From the IMG/VR virus record IMGVR_UViG_3300047557_001498, positions 1 through 64,000 of that record: a stretch of DNA of 64,000 bases; one strand, given 5' to 3'. Under the pieces are notes generated by a model that searched no databases, was not told where the DNA came from, and worked only from the letters and a program-made list of their open reading frames with translations. Shown piece by piece: positions 16,972-28,243 of this stretch. The position numbers were made by a program, and so were the translations under genes. This DNA is from a virus. Position 1 is the stretch's first letter, and each line of letters begins with the position of its first letter.

Positions 16972-17563
16972 TGATATAAAATTTAGCATAGTGGTTGTTG
17001 CATATAAAAAACATTTTGAATTGAAATGTCTTTTGTATTCCCTATTGTGTCAGACTTACAATAACTTTGAGATTATTGTAATACACGATGGTGTAGATGC
17101 AGAACACAATCTCACTATGCAAGAATTTTTAAAAGACGATAGAATAAAATATATTCAGACAAATCAGAGATATAATGATTGGGGAATGACTTTAAGAAAC
17201 ATAGGTTTGGGTATTGTTAGTGGTGATTTTATTATCAATACAAATGATGATAACTACTATACACCAAACTGTCTTGAAGAATTGCATAGTGAATTGGTAA
17301 AAAATAAGGAATGTAATTTTATTTACTTTGATAGTGTAGATAAAAATTTCCAATGGCAAAATGAAAAACAACAACCGTATAGTTTATTCAAACCACTATT
17401 AAAAGTAAACCATATTGACATGGGACAGTTTGCTGTTAAAAAAGAACTAATTGGTGATATTAAATTCAAGATTCATTATAGCGGTGATGGATTATTTGTA
17501 AATGATCTTCTACCGAAAATAAATCCGGTTTATGTTGAAAAAGTTTTATTTATACATAACTAG
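16964..17563 (+). CDS. glycosyltransferase family 2
   Basis: FSIVVVAY, QTYNNFEIIVIHDG, TNDDNYY. Confidence 0.85.
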   Translation: MIDDIKFSIVVVAYKKHFELKCLLYSLLCQTYNNFEIIVIHDGVDAEHNLTMQEFLKDDRIKYIQTNQRYNDWGMTLRNIGLGIVSGDFIINTNDDNYYTPNCLEELHSELVKNKECNFIYFDSVDKNFQWQNEKQQPYSLFKPLLKVNHIDMGQFAVKKELIGDIKFKIHYSGDGLFVNDLLPKINPVYVEKVLFIHN

Positions 17564-17637
17564 TTTTTGTTACTAGCATATATTTATTGTTACCACCATA
17601 TAACAGTAAAGGTTTTGTAAAAATATTAGGAATCTAA

Positions 17638-18357
17638 ATGAAGAAACAGTTAAGTATATGCATGACGCATTTCAATCGAAAGAACCAATTATTAAATACA
17701 CTACGTAGTATACAAAGACAAATCGATGTAAAAGATTTATGTGAGATAATAATAGTTGATGACGTTAGCGAAACGCCATTAAAATATGAAGATTTTAACG
17801 AATTTGATTTAGACATAAAGCTTGTCACAATACAGACAAAAAATAAATGGTGGGTTAATCCAGTTGTTGGTTTTAATACAGCATTCAGTTTCATAAGTGG
17901 TGAAAAAACTATTATACAAAATGCAGAGTGTTTACATAAAACAGATATAATAAAATATGTTTTAGATAATCTGAAACAAAATGAATACATTGCAATGTCT
18001 ACTATATCTATACCACAGACAATAACAGAAAATTTAAATAGTGATACCAATTTGGATGAAGTGATAAATCAAGATGGATGTCTTTGGTATTGTCATCCGG
18101 TTCATAGAGCTGATCCTTTTAATTTTTGTTCTGCAATCCATACCAGCGATTTAAGAAAAATAGGAGGATTCAATTTAGATTTTTCGGATGGTATATGGTT
18201 TGACGATAATGATTTTGTAGAAAGAATTAGAAAAAACCAAATTGACATTAGAATAGAAGTTTCACAGTTGGCAATACACCAATGGCATGAAAGCGTTTGG
18301 ACAACCAGAAATGACTTCAATGAACTAATGAATGTAAACAGATTAAAACTAAAGTGA
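17638..18357 (+). CDS. glycosyltransferase family 2
   Basis: FNRK..L, EIIIVDDVS, GGFN..F..G..FDD.DF, HQWH. Confidence 0.85.
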   Translation: MKKQLSICMTHFNRKNQLLNTLRSIQRQIDVKDLCEIIIVDDVSETPLKYEDFNEFDLDIKLVTIQTKNKWWVNPVVGFNTAFSFISGEKTIIQNAECLHKTDIIKYVLDNLKQNEYIAMSTISIPQTITENLNSDTNLDEVINQDGCLWYCHPVHRADPFNFCSAIHTSDLRKIGGFNLDFSDGIWFDDNDFVERIRKNQIDIRIEVSQLAIHQWHESVWTTRNDFNELMNVNRLKLK

Positions 18358-18386
18358 TATGTTTAAAAATAAAAAGGAATTGTTTT

Positions 18387-19334
18387 ATGAAAATTTTAGT
18401 AACAGGTGTTTTAGGTACAGTTGGGAAAATATTGAATGAAAAACTTTTGGAAAAAAACCATGAAGTTTTTGGTATAGACTTAACTCATCATTATGGTGAA
18501 CAGGGTTTTTCACAAAATATGAGTTCAGAAAATCAAAATTATTCAAGGTGTGATATATCAGATTATAGACAATTAGAAAGGGTCTTTGAAAACTTTGGAC
18601 CATTTGATATGGTTTTTAATTGTGCAGCAGAGTTTGGAAGATGGAATGGTGAGGATTATTACGAACAACTTTGGAGAACAAATGCCATAGGCCTAAAGCA
18701 TATAATCCGTTTACAAGAAAAGTTAAAATTTAAATTGATTCATTTTTCTAGTTCAGAAGTCTATGGTGATTATGATGGGATAATGTCAGAAGATATAATG
18801 GATTCTATTGAAATCAAACAAATGAATGACTATGCCATTTCAAAATGGGCAAATGAAATGCAAATAAGAAATTCCAGAATAATGAATAATACCGAAACTG
18901 TTATTGTTAGATTATTTAACACATACGGTCCAGGTGAATATTATCATCCATATCGATCTGTTAATTGTAAATTCTGTTATCATGCTTTGAAAAACTTACC
19001 AATAACTGTTTATACAGGACATTTTAGATCTAGCACATACATAGATGATGCAGTTTCTGCAATAGCAAATATATCTGATAATTTTATTGATGGTAGAGTT
19101 TACAACATAGGTAGTAATGAATATCACAGTATAGAAGAATTAACAGATATAATATGGGAGTATACAGACACAGATAAAAATTTAATATCTTACAAAAATT
19201 CAGAAGTTTTGACAACTAAAACCAAAACACCAGATATTTCTTTATCAATAAATGAATTGGGTTATGTACAAACTGTATCATTGAAAGATGGGGTTAGAAA
19301 AACGATAGATTGGATGAAAGATAATTTATTTTAA
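18387..19334 (+). CDS. NAD-dependent epimerase/dehydratase
   Basis: MKILVTGVLGTVG, SSSEVYG, YAISK, RLFNTYGPG; start re-called at MKILVTG. Confidence 0.9.
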   Translation: MKILVTGVLGTVGKILNEKLLEKNHEVFGIDLTHHYGEQGFSQNMSSENQNYSRCDISDYRQLERVFENFGPFDMVFNCAAEFGRWNGEDYYEQLWRTNAIGLKHIIRLQEKLKFKLIHFSSSEVYGDYDGIMSEDIMDSIEIKQMNDYAISKWANEMQIRNSRIMNNTETVIVRLFNTYGPGEYYHPYRSVNCKFCYHALKNLPITVYTGHFRSSTYIDDAVSAIANISDNFIDGRVYNIGSNEYHSIEELTDIIWEYTDTDKNLISYKNSEVLTTKTKTPDISLSINELGYVQTVSLKDGVRKTIDWMKDNLF

Positions 19335-19361
19335 AGGAACTATTTATCGGATTATATCGTT

Positions 19362-20066
19362 ATGGATAGAAAGAAAGGACGACCACCTTTGGTATTAACG
19401 GAAGCACAAATCCGTTATGCAATGCAAAACAGTTTCGGTAATAAAGATGCTTCACGATTTCTCAAAGTCGATTATAGAACATATAAGAAATGGGCTAAGC
19501 AACATATAGACAGCGAAACTGGTAAGACTTTATTTGAACTACACTCAAAGATTGGTATTCCACTCACGAGAGAAAAGAAAGATGACAAGTGGAATGGTAA
19601 ATCATTTGATTGTAATAAAGGTTACAAAGAAAGATTAGAGGACATACTTGATGGTAAACATCCTGCGTATGATTCTCGTAAGTTACGAAAAAGATTATTA
19701 CTATCAGGATGGATTCCGTGTGTATGTGCGGCGTGTGGTTGGGATGAACCAAGAATGACTGATGGCAATTATCCCCTACTGATAGACTTCATAGATAACA
19801 ACTGGCGGAATACTCGTTTAGAGAATCTTCGTCTGTTGTGTTTTAATTGTTACTTCAATCTTGTAAGGACACCATCAACATCGTATCAAGGATGGACATA
19901 CGGTACAGTATCAAAGACACCTTGGTATGGCGAGAAACGTCCAAGAGACGGCAGATACCGTAGAAGACTAGAAGAACGAATCAGACAACAAGAAGAAAAG
20001 AAAAAACAAGAACAAGAAAAGTTTTTCGATTGGGATGATGAATCCGATTCGGAAGATAAGTTTTAA
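19362..20066 (+). CDS. HNH-fold protein with degenerate active site
   Basis: CAACG..LLIDFIDNNWRNTRLENLRLLCFNCY: zinc Cys kept, both His replaced. Confidence 0.7.
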   Translation: MDRKKGRPPLVLTEAQIRYAMQNSFGNKDASRFLKVDYRTYKKWAKQHIDSETGKTLFELHSKIGIPLTREKKDDKWNGKSFDCNKGYKERLEDILDGKHPAYDSRKLRKRLLLSGWIPCVCAACGWDEPRMTDGNYPLLIDFIDNNWRNTRLENLRLLCFNCYFNLVRTPSTSYQGWTYGTVSKTPWYGEKRPRDGRYRRRLEERIRQQEEKKKQEQEKFFDWDDESDSEDKF

Positions 20067-20084
20067 CTAATATAGGAGGTTTAT

Positions 20085-22029
<1,945 letters not shown>

Positions 22030-22046
22030 TGATATAATTCGTTAGT

Positions 22047-22076
22047 AAAAGCCCCTATGAATTAGGGGCTTTTTTT
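22047..22076 (+). terminator. intrinsic terminator after groEL
   Basis: AAAAGCCCCT-N7-AGGGGC followed by T7. Confidence 0.9.
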
Positions 22077-22096
22077 ATACAAACATATTTATTGGT

Positions 22097-22327
22097 ATGA
22101 TAAAACTAATAGACATATTGAATGAAAGTAGAGAGTATGTTCGTAACAATACTGGCAAAGTAATAGGCCATGTAACGAAAGGTTCGGATGGTAAATTTAT
22201 TTTTAGAGATACCGAAGGTGCTTTGTTAGGAATGTATGATTCAAAATATAACTACACAAAAGATAGAACTGGCAAAGTTGTTGGCAGAGGAAACATATTG
22301 GGTTATTTAATTAAGGCATACAAATGA
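22097..22327 (+). CDS. small beta-repeat protein with MIKL N-terminal motif
   Basis: MIKLIDILNE; repeated R(N/D)..GK.(I/V)G units. Confidence 0.75.
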   Translation: MIKLIDILNESREYVRNNTGKVIGHVTKGSDGKFIFRDTEGALLGMYDSKYNYTKDRTGKVVGRGNILGYLIKAYK

Positions 22328-23238
22328 TTAGATTGAAACCATTGTTAGAACAAACACTATTACGGGAATATGTAGACACCGACATAGTAAAACTGTGGAA
22401 GTATCTTGATGGGACATTGGACAATACTTTTGGTAAGTTCGGTAGGTTTGGTGAGGTTGCAAGGAAGATAGGTTATCGGAACATGATGGAGTATTTCATA
22501 GAAAATTCAGATGATACATGGTGGGGTAGTTATGATTTCTCCGATGAAGGAACTCTCAGCACTACTTTAATCAGGTATTCAACATTCAAAGAATTAGAAA
22601 CAAAAAAGAAACGTGTCTATAAGTTGGTGCTCAAGTGGTATGAAGATGTGTTTGATAACAAACCTGGTTATATTCAGGAACTATATTCATTATACGGTGG
22701 TGGTGCAGAGTATATGCCATCATGGATATTCTTGAAGAATCCAGAATTAGTTAAGAATCAATGGTTAGTTCATGGAACAAGAATGATAGATGGTGCAAGG
22801 ATGGCAAGTCAAGGATTCATTAGGGGTGTAAAGGATTTTAAAAAATTAGGATTGACTACATTTTGGACAGGTGAACAAGCTGAAAAGAAAGCAGGTGGAT
22901 ATAACTTTGCATTTACACCCACTGATTTTGCTATGTATGGTATGGATGAAAGTGATCCAATTTATGGTGATGGAACACTATTAGTATTCCGTGCTTCTGG
23001 TATACGGTCTTATCATGTATCAGACGACCAATATCAAACTATATTCAATGGTAAGACTGCAACAGACATTGTTCTGATATATGAGACAATGGGAACTTAT
23101 ACGATATATTCCAAAGATAAAAAGAAATTATTTCAGACATCCACCGAAGGTCAAAGTGGGGCAATAGAAGCGATAAATTGGGTGATCAATAATTATGATC
23201 AATATAGACAATCAATAGGATGGAATAAACCGGTATGA
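22324..23238 (+). CDS. MIKL-motif protein, possible ADP-ribosyltransferase fold
   Basis: MIRLKPLLE; WLVHGT, GYNFAF, DDQYQTIF. Confidence 0.55.
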   Translation: MIRLKPLLEQTLLREYVDTDIVKLWKYLDGTLDNTFGKFGRFGEVARKIGYRNMMEYFIENSDDTWWGSYDFSDEGTLSTTLIRYSTFKELETKKKRVYKLVLKWYEDVFDNKPGYIQELYSLYGGGAEYMPSWIFLKNPELVKNQWLVHGTRMIDGARMASQGFIRGVKDFKKLGLTTFWTGEQAEKKAGGYNFAFTPTDFAMYGMDESDPIYGDGTLLVFRASGIRSYHVSDDQYQTIFNGKTATDIVLIYETMGTYTIYSKDKKKLFQTSTEGQSGAIEAINWVINNYDQYRQSIGWNKPV

Positions 23239-23810
23239 TAAAATTAAAAGACATACTAACCGAAAGAATATCTGATATAGTATATCACTTCACAGCACCA
23301 GATGCTGCAACTCTTATCATTAGACAGAACAGATTTAAGTTGGCACCAATACCAGTTGGACAGAGAGTTGATCCTGGTAAGAAATACGAGGATGGTTACT
23401 ATATGTCCGTTGCAAGAACAAAGATTGAGGGATATACAAAACTTGTGGGTGATTCCAAATGTAAAAATGTTCGGATGGAATTGGATGGTGCCAAAATGGG
23501 CAATACATTAAAAGGTGGTGCTTACAATTACTTTCACGGTCAGCATGGTAAGGATGATTACGAGGAATACGAAGACCGGGTATACTCACGAAAGCAATAC
23601 ATAGATAATGCACTTGGATATATCAAAAGAATTGATGTTTATTGGGATAACAGATGTGAAATTGGATTTAATTTTGTTAAAACCGCATTAGAAAATAACA
23701 TACCAACATTCTTATTTGCTAAAAGAGAAAAATGGGCACAACAATCTGGTGGTATTCAAGTTAAGGATATGGATGAATATACTCTGTTTATGCAGAAAAG
23801 AATGAGGTAA
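23235..23810 (+). CDS. MIKL-motif protein, possible ADP-ribosyltransferase fold
   Basis: MIKLKDILTE; VYHFT, YMSVAR, EYEDRV. Confidence 0.55.
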   Translation: MIKLKDILTERISDIVYHFTAPDAATLIIRQNRFKLAPIPVGQRVDPGKKYEDGYYMSVARTKIEGYTKLVGDSKCKNVRMELDGAKMGNTLKGGAYNYFHGQHGKDDYEEYEDRVYSRKQYIDNALGYIKRIDVYWDNRCEIGFNFVKTALENNIPTFLFAKREKWAQQSGGIQVKDMDEYTLFMQKRMR

Positions 23811-23816
23811 ACAATA

Positions 23817-24575
23817 ATGAATATACCTAAACTAAAAACTCTATTGGAAAATACTAATCTATCTGGTAATGTTACCGATACGATAAACTATCTATCATCA
23901 AAGAAAGATAGTAAAGTATTATTCATAACAACATCAACTCGTTATCCTTTCAATACTGGTTATGACAAAGGTGGGGTAGAAGATGAATTACCCAAATCAA
24001 CTGAACTTGCACTACACATTAAAAAATCTATACCGAACAAATCTAAATGGATTGATATACCACAGTTGAAAATTTTACCATGTGAAGGCAATGTATCACA
24101 TAGAGACGGAAACAGCTGTGGTGTAAAAAAATCTATATTGAAAGATAAGGAAAAGAATCCAACTGGTTATCACAGATGTTGGGCAAGTGTGAATGACACA
24201 AGTGATGAATTATGGAAAGTATCAAAAGACTTATTTGAAGCGGATATTGTTCTTTTCTTTTCGTCTATCCGTTGGGGACAAACCAATTCGGAATATCAAA
24301 AGTTAATTGAAAGATTAACTTGGATAGAGAATCGTCATAGCACATTAGGTGAAGAAAATATTATTGGTGATAAGGAAGCTGGTTTTATTTGTATAGGACA
24401 GAATTGGAATGGGATAAATGTTGTTGGTATTCAAAAGAAAGTTCTAAACTTTTACGGTTTCAATACTCCAGATAACCTATTTTGGAACTGGCAGTATACA
24501 GATAATCCAAAAGATGAAACACAAGAATCATATAAAAAATCATATAATGCATTTAGAAAGGAGATTGGGAAATGA
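23817..24575 (+). CDS. flavodoxin-fold (NADPH-dependent FMN reductase / iron-sulfur flavoprotein-like) protein
   Basis: KVLFITTS.R, ILPCEG..C..RCWAS, EADIVLF.SSIRWG..LIERL. Confidence 0.75.
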   Translation: MNIPKLKTLLENTNLSGNVTDTINYLSSKKDSKVLFITTSTRYPFNTGYDKGGVEDELPKSTELALHIKKSIPNKSKWIDIPQLKILPCEGNVSHRDGNSCGVKKSILKDKEKNPTGYHRCWASVNDTSDELWKVSKDLFEADIVLFFSSIRWGQTNSEYQKLIERLTWIENRHSTLGEENIIGDKEAGFICIGQNWNGINVVGIQKKVLNFYGFNTPDNLFWNWQYTDNPKDETQESYKKSYNAFRKEIGK

Positions 24576-25729
24576 TTAAGTTAAAAAATTTATTGGAAGA
24601 AAATACAAAGGCAGCCCAAGATAGAATGACAAAATATCGTAGAGTAAATGAGGGTGATGTTGAAATTGAGTTGGATGGTGTGCAAATCAAACAACTTGAT
24701 AAAATGTTTTCTAAGTTTGGATTCGATGTTAATACTGCTATCGAAACTCAACTTGAAGAAAAAGAAATGAACTACACACAAATGTCTCAAGAAGAATTGG
24801 AAAATGTTAAGGGTGTTTTAAAAGTAGACGAATCAATCATGGATGGTATCGAAGAATTACTTCAGTTAGGTGGTGAAGCAAAATCTTGGTATGCTGAAAT
24901 GAATAAAACTATATTGGAAACATTCGGTGATACGGAAGGAACAATATTTTTAACACTACTTGCCATATTCTCACCGAGAAATCCTTTGAAGCAAAATTTC
25001 AAATTGGCAGCACAAACATTTCGTGGTCTTAAAAAAGACTTATCAGATGAACAGAGTAAGGCAAAGTTAGAAGAAATGATGGAATTGGATTCAACAGAAC
25101 TATACAACATGATGAAAACACAAGATGCATACAAAGACCTTGCAACTGTTCGTGGTATAATAAAAGGAAACATGGGTGTAAATACATACTTACCAAACAT
25201 TCTTCGTTTCTTGAAGCTATTGAAGGCAAACAACTATGAACTATCAAGAGATATTGCAGTTAAAGAAATTGCTAAACATATTAAACCAAGTGGTGCATTA
25301 CAAGATTCATCTGTTATATCCGCTGAAAAAGTATTTTCTTTTACACTCAATCTTTTGGATCCAAACTACAAGTTTGAAGATTTAGGATGGGTTCCAGTAA
25401 CAATGGACACATGGATGGCATCATTCTTCTATCCACAGTTGGATAAGAAACAAAAGAACAAAGTATTGGCAAAGACACCGAACTATGTTTATATTGCAAG
25501 ACTGACACAACAATGGGCTGAAAAATACGGAATGACACCACCTGAATTTCAAGCTGCTATTTGGGTTGGTATGATTAAAAAGGCAAAGGGTGAAAACTAT
25601 GACAATACATTCCTAACTGCAATAGATAACAACTTGAAAAAGTTAAACATAAAAATAGAAGAAATAAAAAATGCAGATAACTTCTTCAAACGAGCAATAG
25701 CAATAGTTGGTGATAAAGGAATCAGATAA
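24572..25729 (+). CDS. MIKL-motif protein with a DNA-glycosylase-like helical domain
   Basis: WY..LLAIFSPRN..N..A..KV.SF..N..VTMDTWM..Y..P.EFQAAIW pattern. Confidence 0.55.
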   Translation: MIKLKNLLEENTKAAQDRMTKYRRVNEGDVEIELDGVQIKQLDKMFSKFGFDVNTAIETQLEEKEMNYTQMSQEELENVKGVLKVDESIMDGIEELLQLGGEAKSWYAEMNKTILETFGDTEGTIFLTLLAIFSPRNPLKQNFKLAAQTFRGLKKDLSDEQSKAKLEEMMELDSTELYNMMKTQDAYKDLATVRGIIKGNMGVNTYLPNILRFLKLLKANNYELSRDIAVKEIAKHIKPSGALQDSSVISAEKVFSFTLNLLDPNYKFEDLGWVPVTMDTWMASFFYPQLDKKQKNKVLAKTPNYVYIARLTQQWAEKYGMTPPEFQAAIWVGMIKKAKGENYDNTFLTAIDNNLKKLNIKIEEIKNADNFFKRAIAIVGDKGIR

Positions 25730-25732
25730 AAC

Positions 25733-25759
25733 AAACCCCTCTAAATCGAGGGGTTTTTT
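25733..25759. terminator. bidirectional terminator at the strand switch
   Basis: AAACCCCTC-TAAATC-GAGGGGTTTTTT between convergent genes. Confidence 0.9.
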
Positions 25760-25760
25760 A

Positions 25761-28232
25761 TTATATGTCTAATTTAACTTTTACTACCAATTCAGTTGAT
25801 TGTGTTTTTAATATGGGTCTACTCAATTTAGCAACAGCTAACAAATCATCATTATCATTATACAAACCAATAGTTGTTATGTATGTAAAAGGATATGGAA
25901 CTTCTCTAAATTTATCTTTTAGTAGAAAACTATCCGGTCTTGCATAAAGTGTTGGATTTGTTGAGTAATTAAATTCTTCATTGTTTATACGAATGAAACA
26001 ATATGTTGGCATTTTAGTCTCAACAGTATTTGCAATGAATGGCATATCCAATTCCATTGCACCCTTTATAGATGCATACAACAAATCTGCGTTTGAAGAA
26101 CGAGTGAAAGATCCGGTGCCTGACGCTGGCGTTCTTTTTGTTTCGATGATTATTGATGGTTTTACAAATTTTCCATCTTCATTAGAATTTAATAACATTT
26201 CACCGTTTAAAATAATAATACCATTCTCTGGAAAGAAAAGACCATACGGTGAATCTTCTGCAGATTTATCTATACCTTCTTCAAGAGTTCCTCTATAAAC
26301 ACCATAAACAGGACCACCCTTACTGGTAACATCATACATTGGATTGTCATATTCAGTTCCACTAAAATTTACAGACTCATCTACTAGAGTAATTGTTTTA
26401 TAGAGCGGTTCTGTGAATGCAGGGAAATTGTATAATAACTCTTGGCCAGATCCGGTAAAGACAGTTCTCAAAGATAGTTGCCAATTTCCAGCATCAACTT
26501 TATCTTTGAAATTCCATCTATTGAAATTGATAACGTATATGTCATCTGATACCATACTGTTTACATTTGGATTTGGTGTATTTATTGCTCCAGCACCGCT
26601 AAGCGAACCAACTGATATTAAATCCCATCCTGTTATTGATGGAGAAGCCACCCATATCATATCTGCATAGTCTCTAGCAAATATTGAATTTGTATCTATT
26701 TGTAATTGTCCTTTATCATTTTTACCCCAACACCACAATGTTGCATTGTTTGTAGTATTGGTCATTACATATGACATATTATTATTATTAAAAGAGTTTA
26801 TTGCAAACGAAAAATCAGCTCCACAAGAAACAGATTTCCATCCAGTAGCATAAGGATAAAACGTATTCGTTCCAGGATTAGTCAAATACTTTTTATCAAG
26901 TATGTTGTAAACCGTATCTGCCTGTATGTTCTCACCTGATGATACATCTGGTGTGTTAATTGGAAGAAGTTCACCATCCATTCCACTATAACCCCATCCG
27001 TATAACTTTCTATCATCACCATAAATTGCAATTACAAAATCTTCACCACACGATACATCATACCAATATGGATTGGCATCTAATAAAACGGGTTCATATT
27101 TGTAAAAACCATCAATATTTATTTTTTCATTAGAATTGTCTCCCCATGCCCAAAGTCTATCAAGTGTATCTATACCAAAAACAGTAATGAGTGATTCATT
27201 TCCATTTTTTACATTTCCTATTGATATTTTTTTCCAAGTATTAGTACCAACTCTTGTTGGATAGTATTCTGGAATAGTTCCACCTAAACCCAAAATACCA
27301 TACTGATTATCCCCCCATGCATATAATTCACCGTTAGTTTTTATGGCAAAAGAAAAACCAGGTCCAGCGTATACTTTTTCCCAATCACTATCTTTACCAA
27401 TTTGAACTGGACTCTTATCAATATCAATTTCATCAGTTGAAATATAACCAACACCTCTCTGTCCTTTTTCATTTCTACCCCAAGACCATAGTGTTCCATC
27501 TTCTTTTATAGCAACCAAATGACCATCTACTATATCCGGAGACTTTCCGACTGAAACATCTTTCCATACTTCGCCAATACCAAATTCATATACATTGCGG
27601 ACTGAAGGAGTATCTGATACAAGGTATTGAAATAGTCTACCCTCTTTCGTTATGAAATATAATGTTCTTAAAACAAACAAATCAAGCTCTGCTTTATTAC
27701 AACTGATGGCTTTTATTTCATTTAATTCAAATGATTTTACATCTGGTATTTTTAATTTATCAGAATAAGATACATAATCAAAAATAGTATTTCCGTGTTC
27801 CCAACCATATACACCCAAATACACATCGGTCAATCCGAAGAATCTAAACTTACCATCGGATAAGTATTTTCTTTTATCATAATCATACAACATATTTCTA
27901 TACTGTGAATATATTGCCTTCGATTCACTAACAGCAAAGGTTGGTGTAGCTGATGATGATATTAGACCATATGATCCAGTTGATGATCCACTACCCGCAT
28001 AATGACCATAAGCAATACTGAAATCAACATCAAGACTTCCAGTTCTTTCTTTATCTGAAAATATCGTTCTGTAATATATCTTTTGGTGGTGTGGTTGATT
28101 GGAACTTGTGTAGATATTATACAAAGATGAAGAATTGTTAGGCCACATTGGAGCGGTAACGACTTCTTTCCTATCATATAGAAATGATGTATTTTTTTCT
28201 ATTTCTTTTTTTATCAATGTAGTTTTAGCCAT
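25761..28232 (-). CDS. virion structural (baseplate/tail-like) protein with RCC1-like repeats
   Basis: G.L(W/Y).WG.N..GQ repeats; C-terminal YITTIGLYND..LLAVAKLSRP. Confidence 0.75.
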   Translation of the reverse strand: MAKTTLIKKEIEKNTSFLYDRKEVVTAPMWPNNSSSLYNIYTSSNQPHHQKIYYRTIFSDKERTGSLDVDFSIAYGHYAGSGSSTGSYGLISSSATPTFAVSESKAIYSQYRNMLYDYDKRKYLSDGKFRFFGLTDVYLGVYGWEHGNTIFDYVSYSDKLKIPDVKSFELNEIKAISCNKAELDLFVLRTLYFITKEGRLFQYLVSDTPSVRNVYEFGIGEVWKDVSVGKSPDIVDGHLVAIKEDGTLWSWGRNEKGQRGVGYISTDEIDIDKSPVQIGKDSDWEKVYAGPGFSFAIKTNGELYAWGDNQYGILGLGGTIPEYYPTRVGTNTWKKISIGNVKNGNESLITVFGIDTLDRLWAWGDNSNEKINIDGFYKYEPVLLDANPYWYDVSCGEDFVIAIYGDDRKLYGWGYSGMDGELLPINTPDVSSGENIQADTVYNILDKKYLTNPGTNTFYPYATGWKSVSCGADFSFAINSFNNNNMSYVMTNTTNNATLWCWGKNDKGQLQIDTNSIFARDYADMIWVASPSITGWDLISVGSLSGAGAINTPNPNVNSMVSDDIYVINFNRWNFKDKVDAGNWQLSLRTVFTGSGQELLYNFPAFTEPLYKTITLVDESVNFSGTEYDNPMYDVTSKGGPVYGVYRGTLEEGIDKSAEDSPYGLFFPENGIIILNGEMLLNSNEDGKFVKPSIIIETKRTPASGTGSFTRSSNADLLYASIKGAMELDMPFIANTVETKMPTYCFIRINNEEFNYSTNPTLYARPDSFLLKDKFREVPYPFTYITTIGLYNDNDDLLAVAKLSRPILKTQSTELVVKVKLDI

Positions 28233-28243
28233 ATATGTAACCT

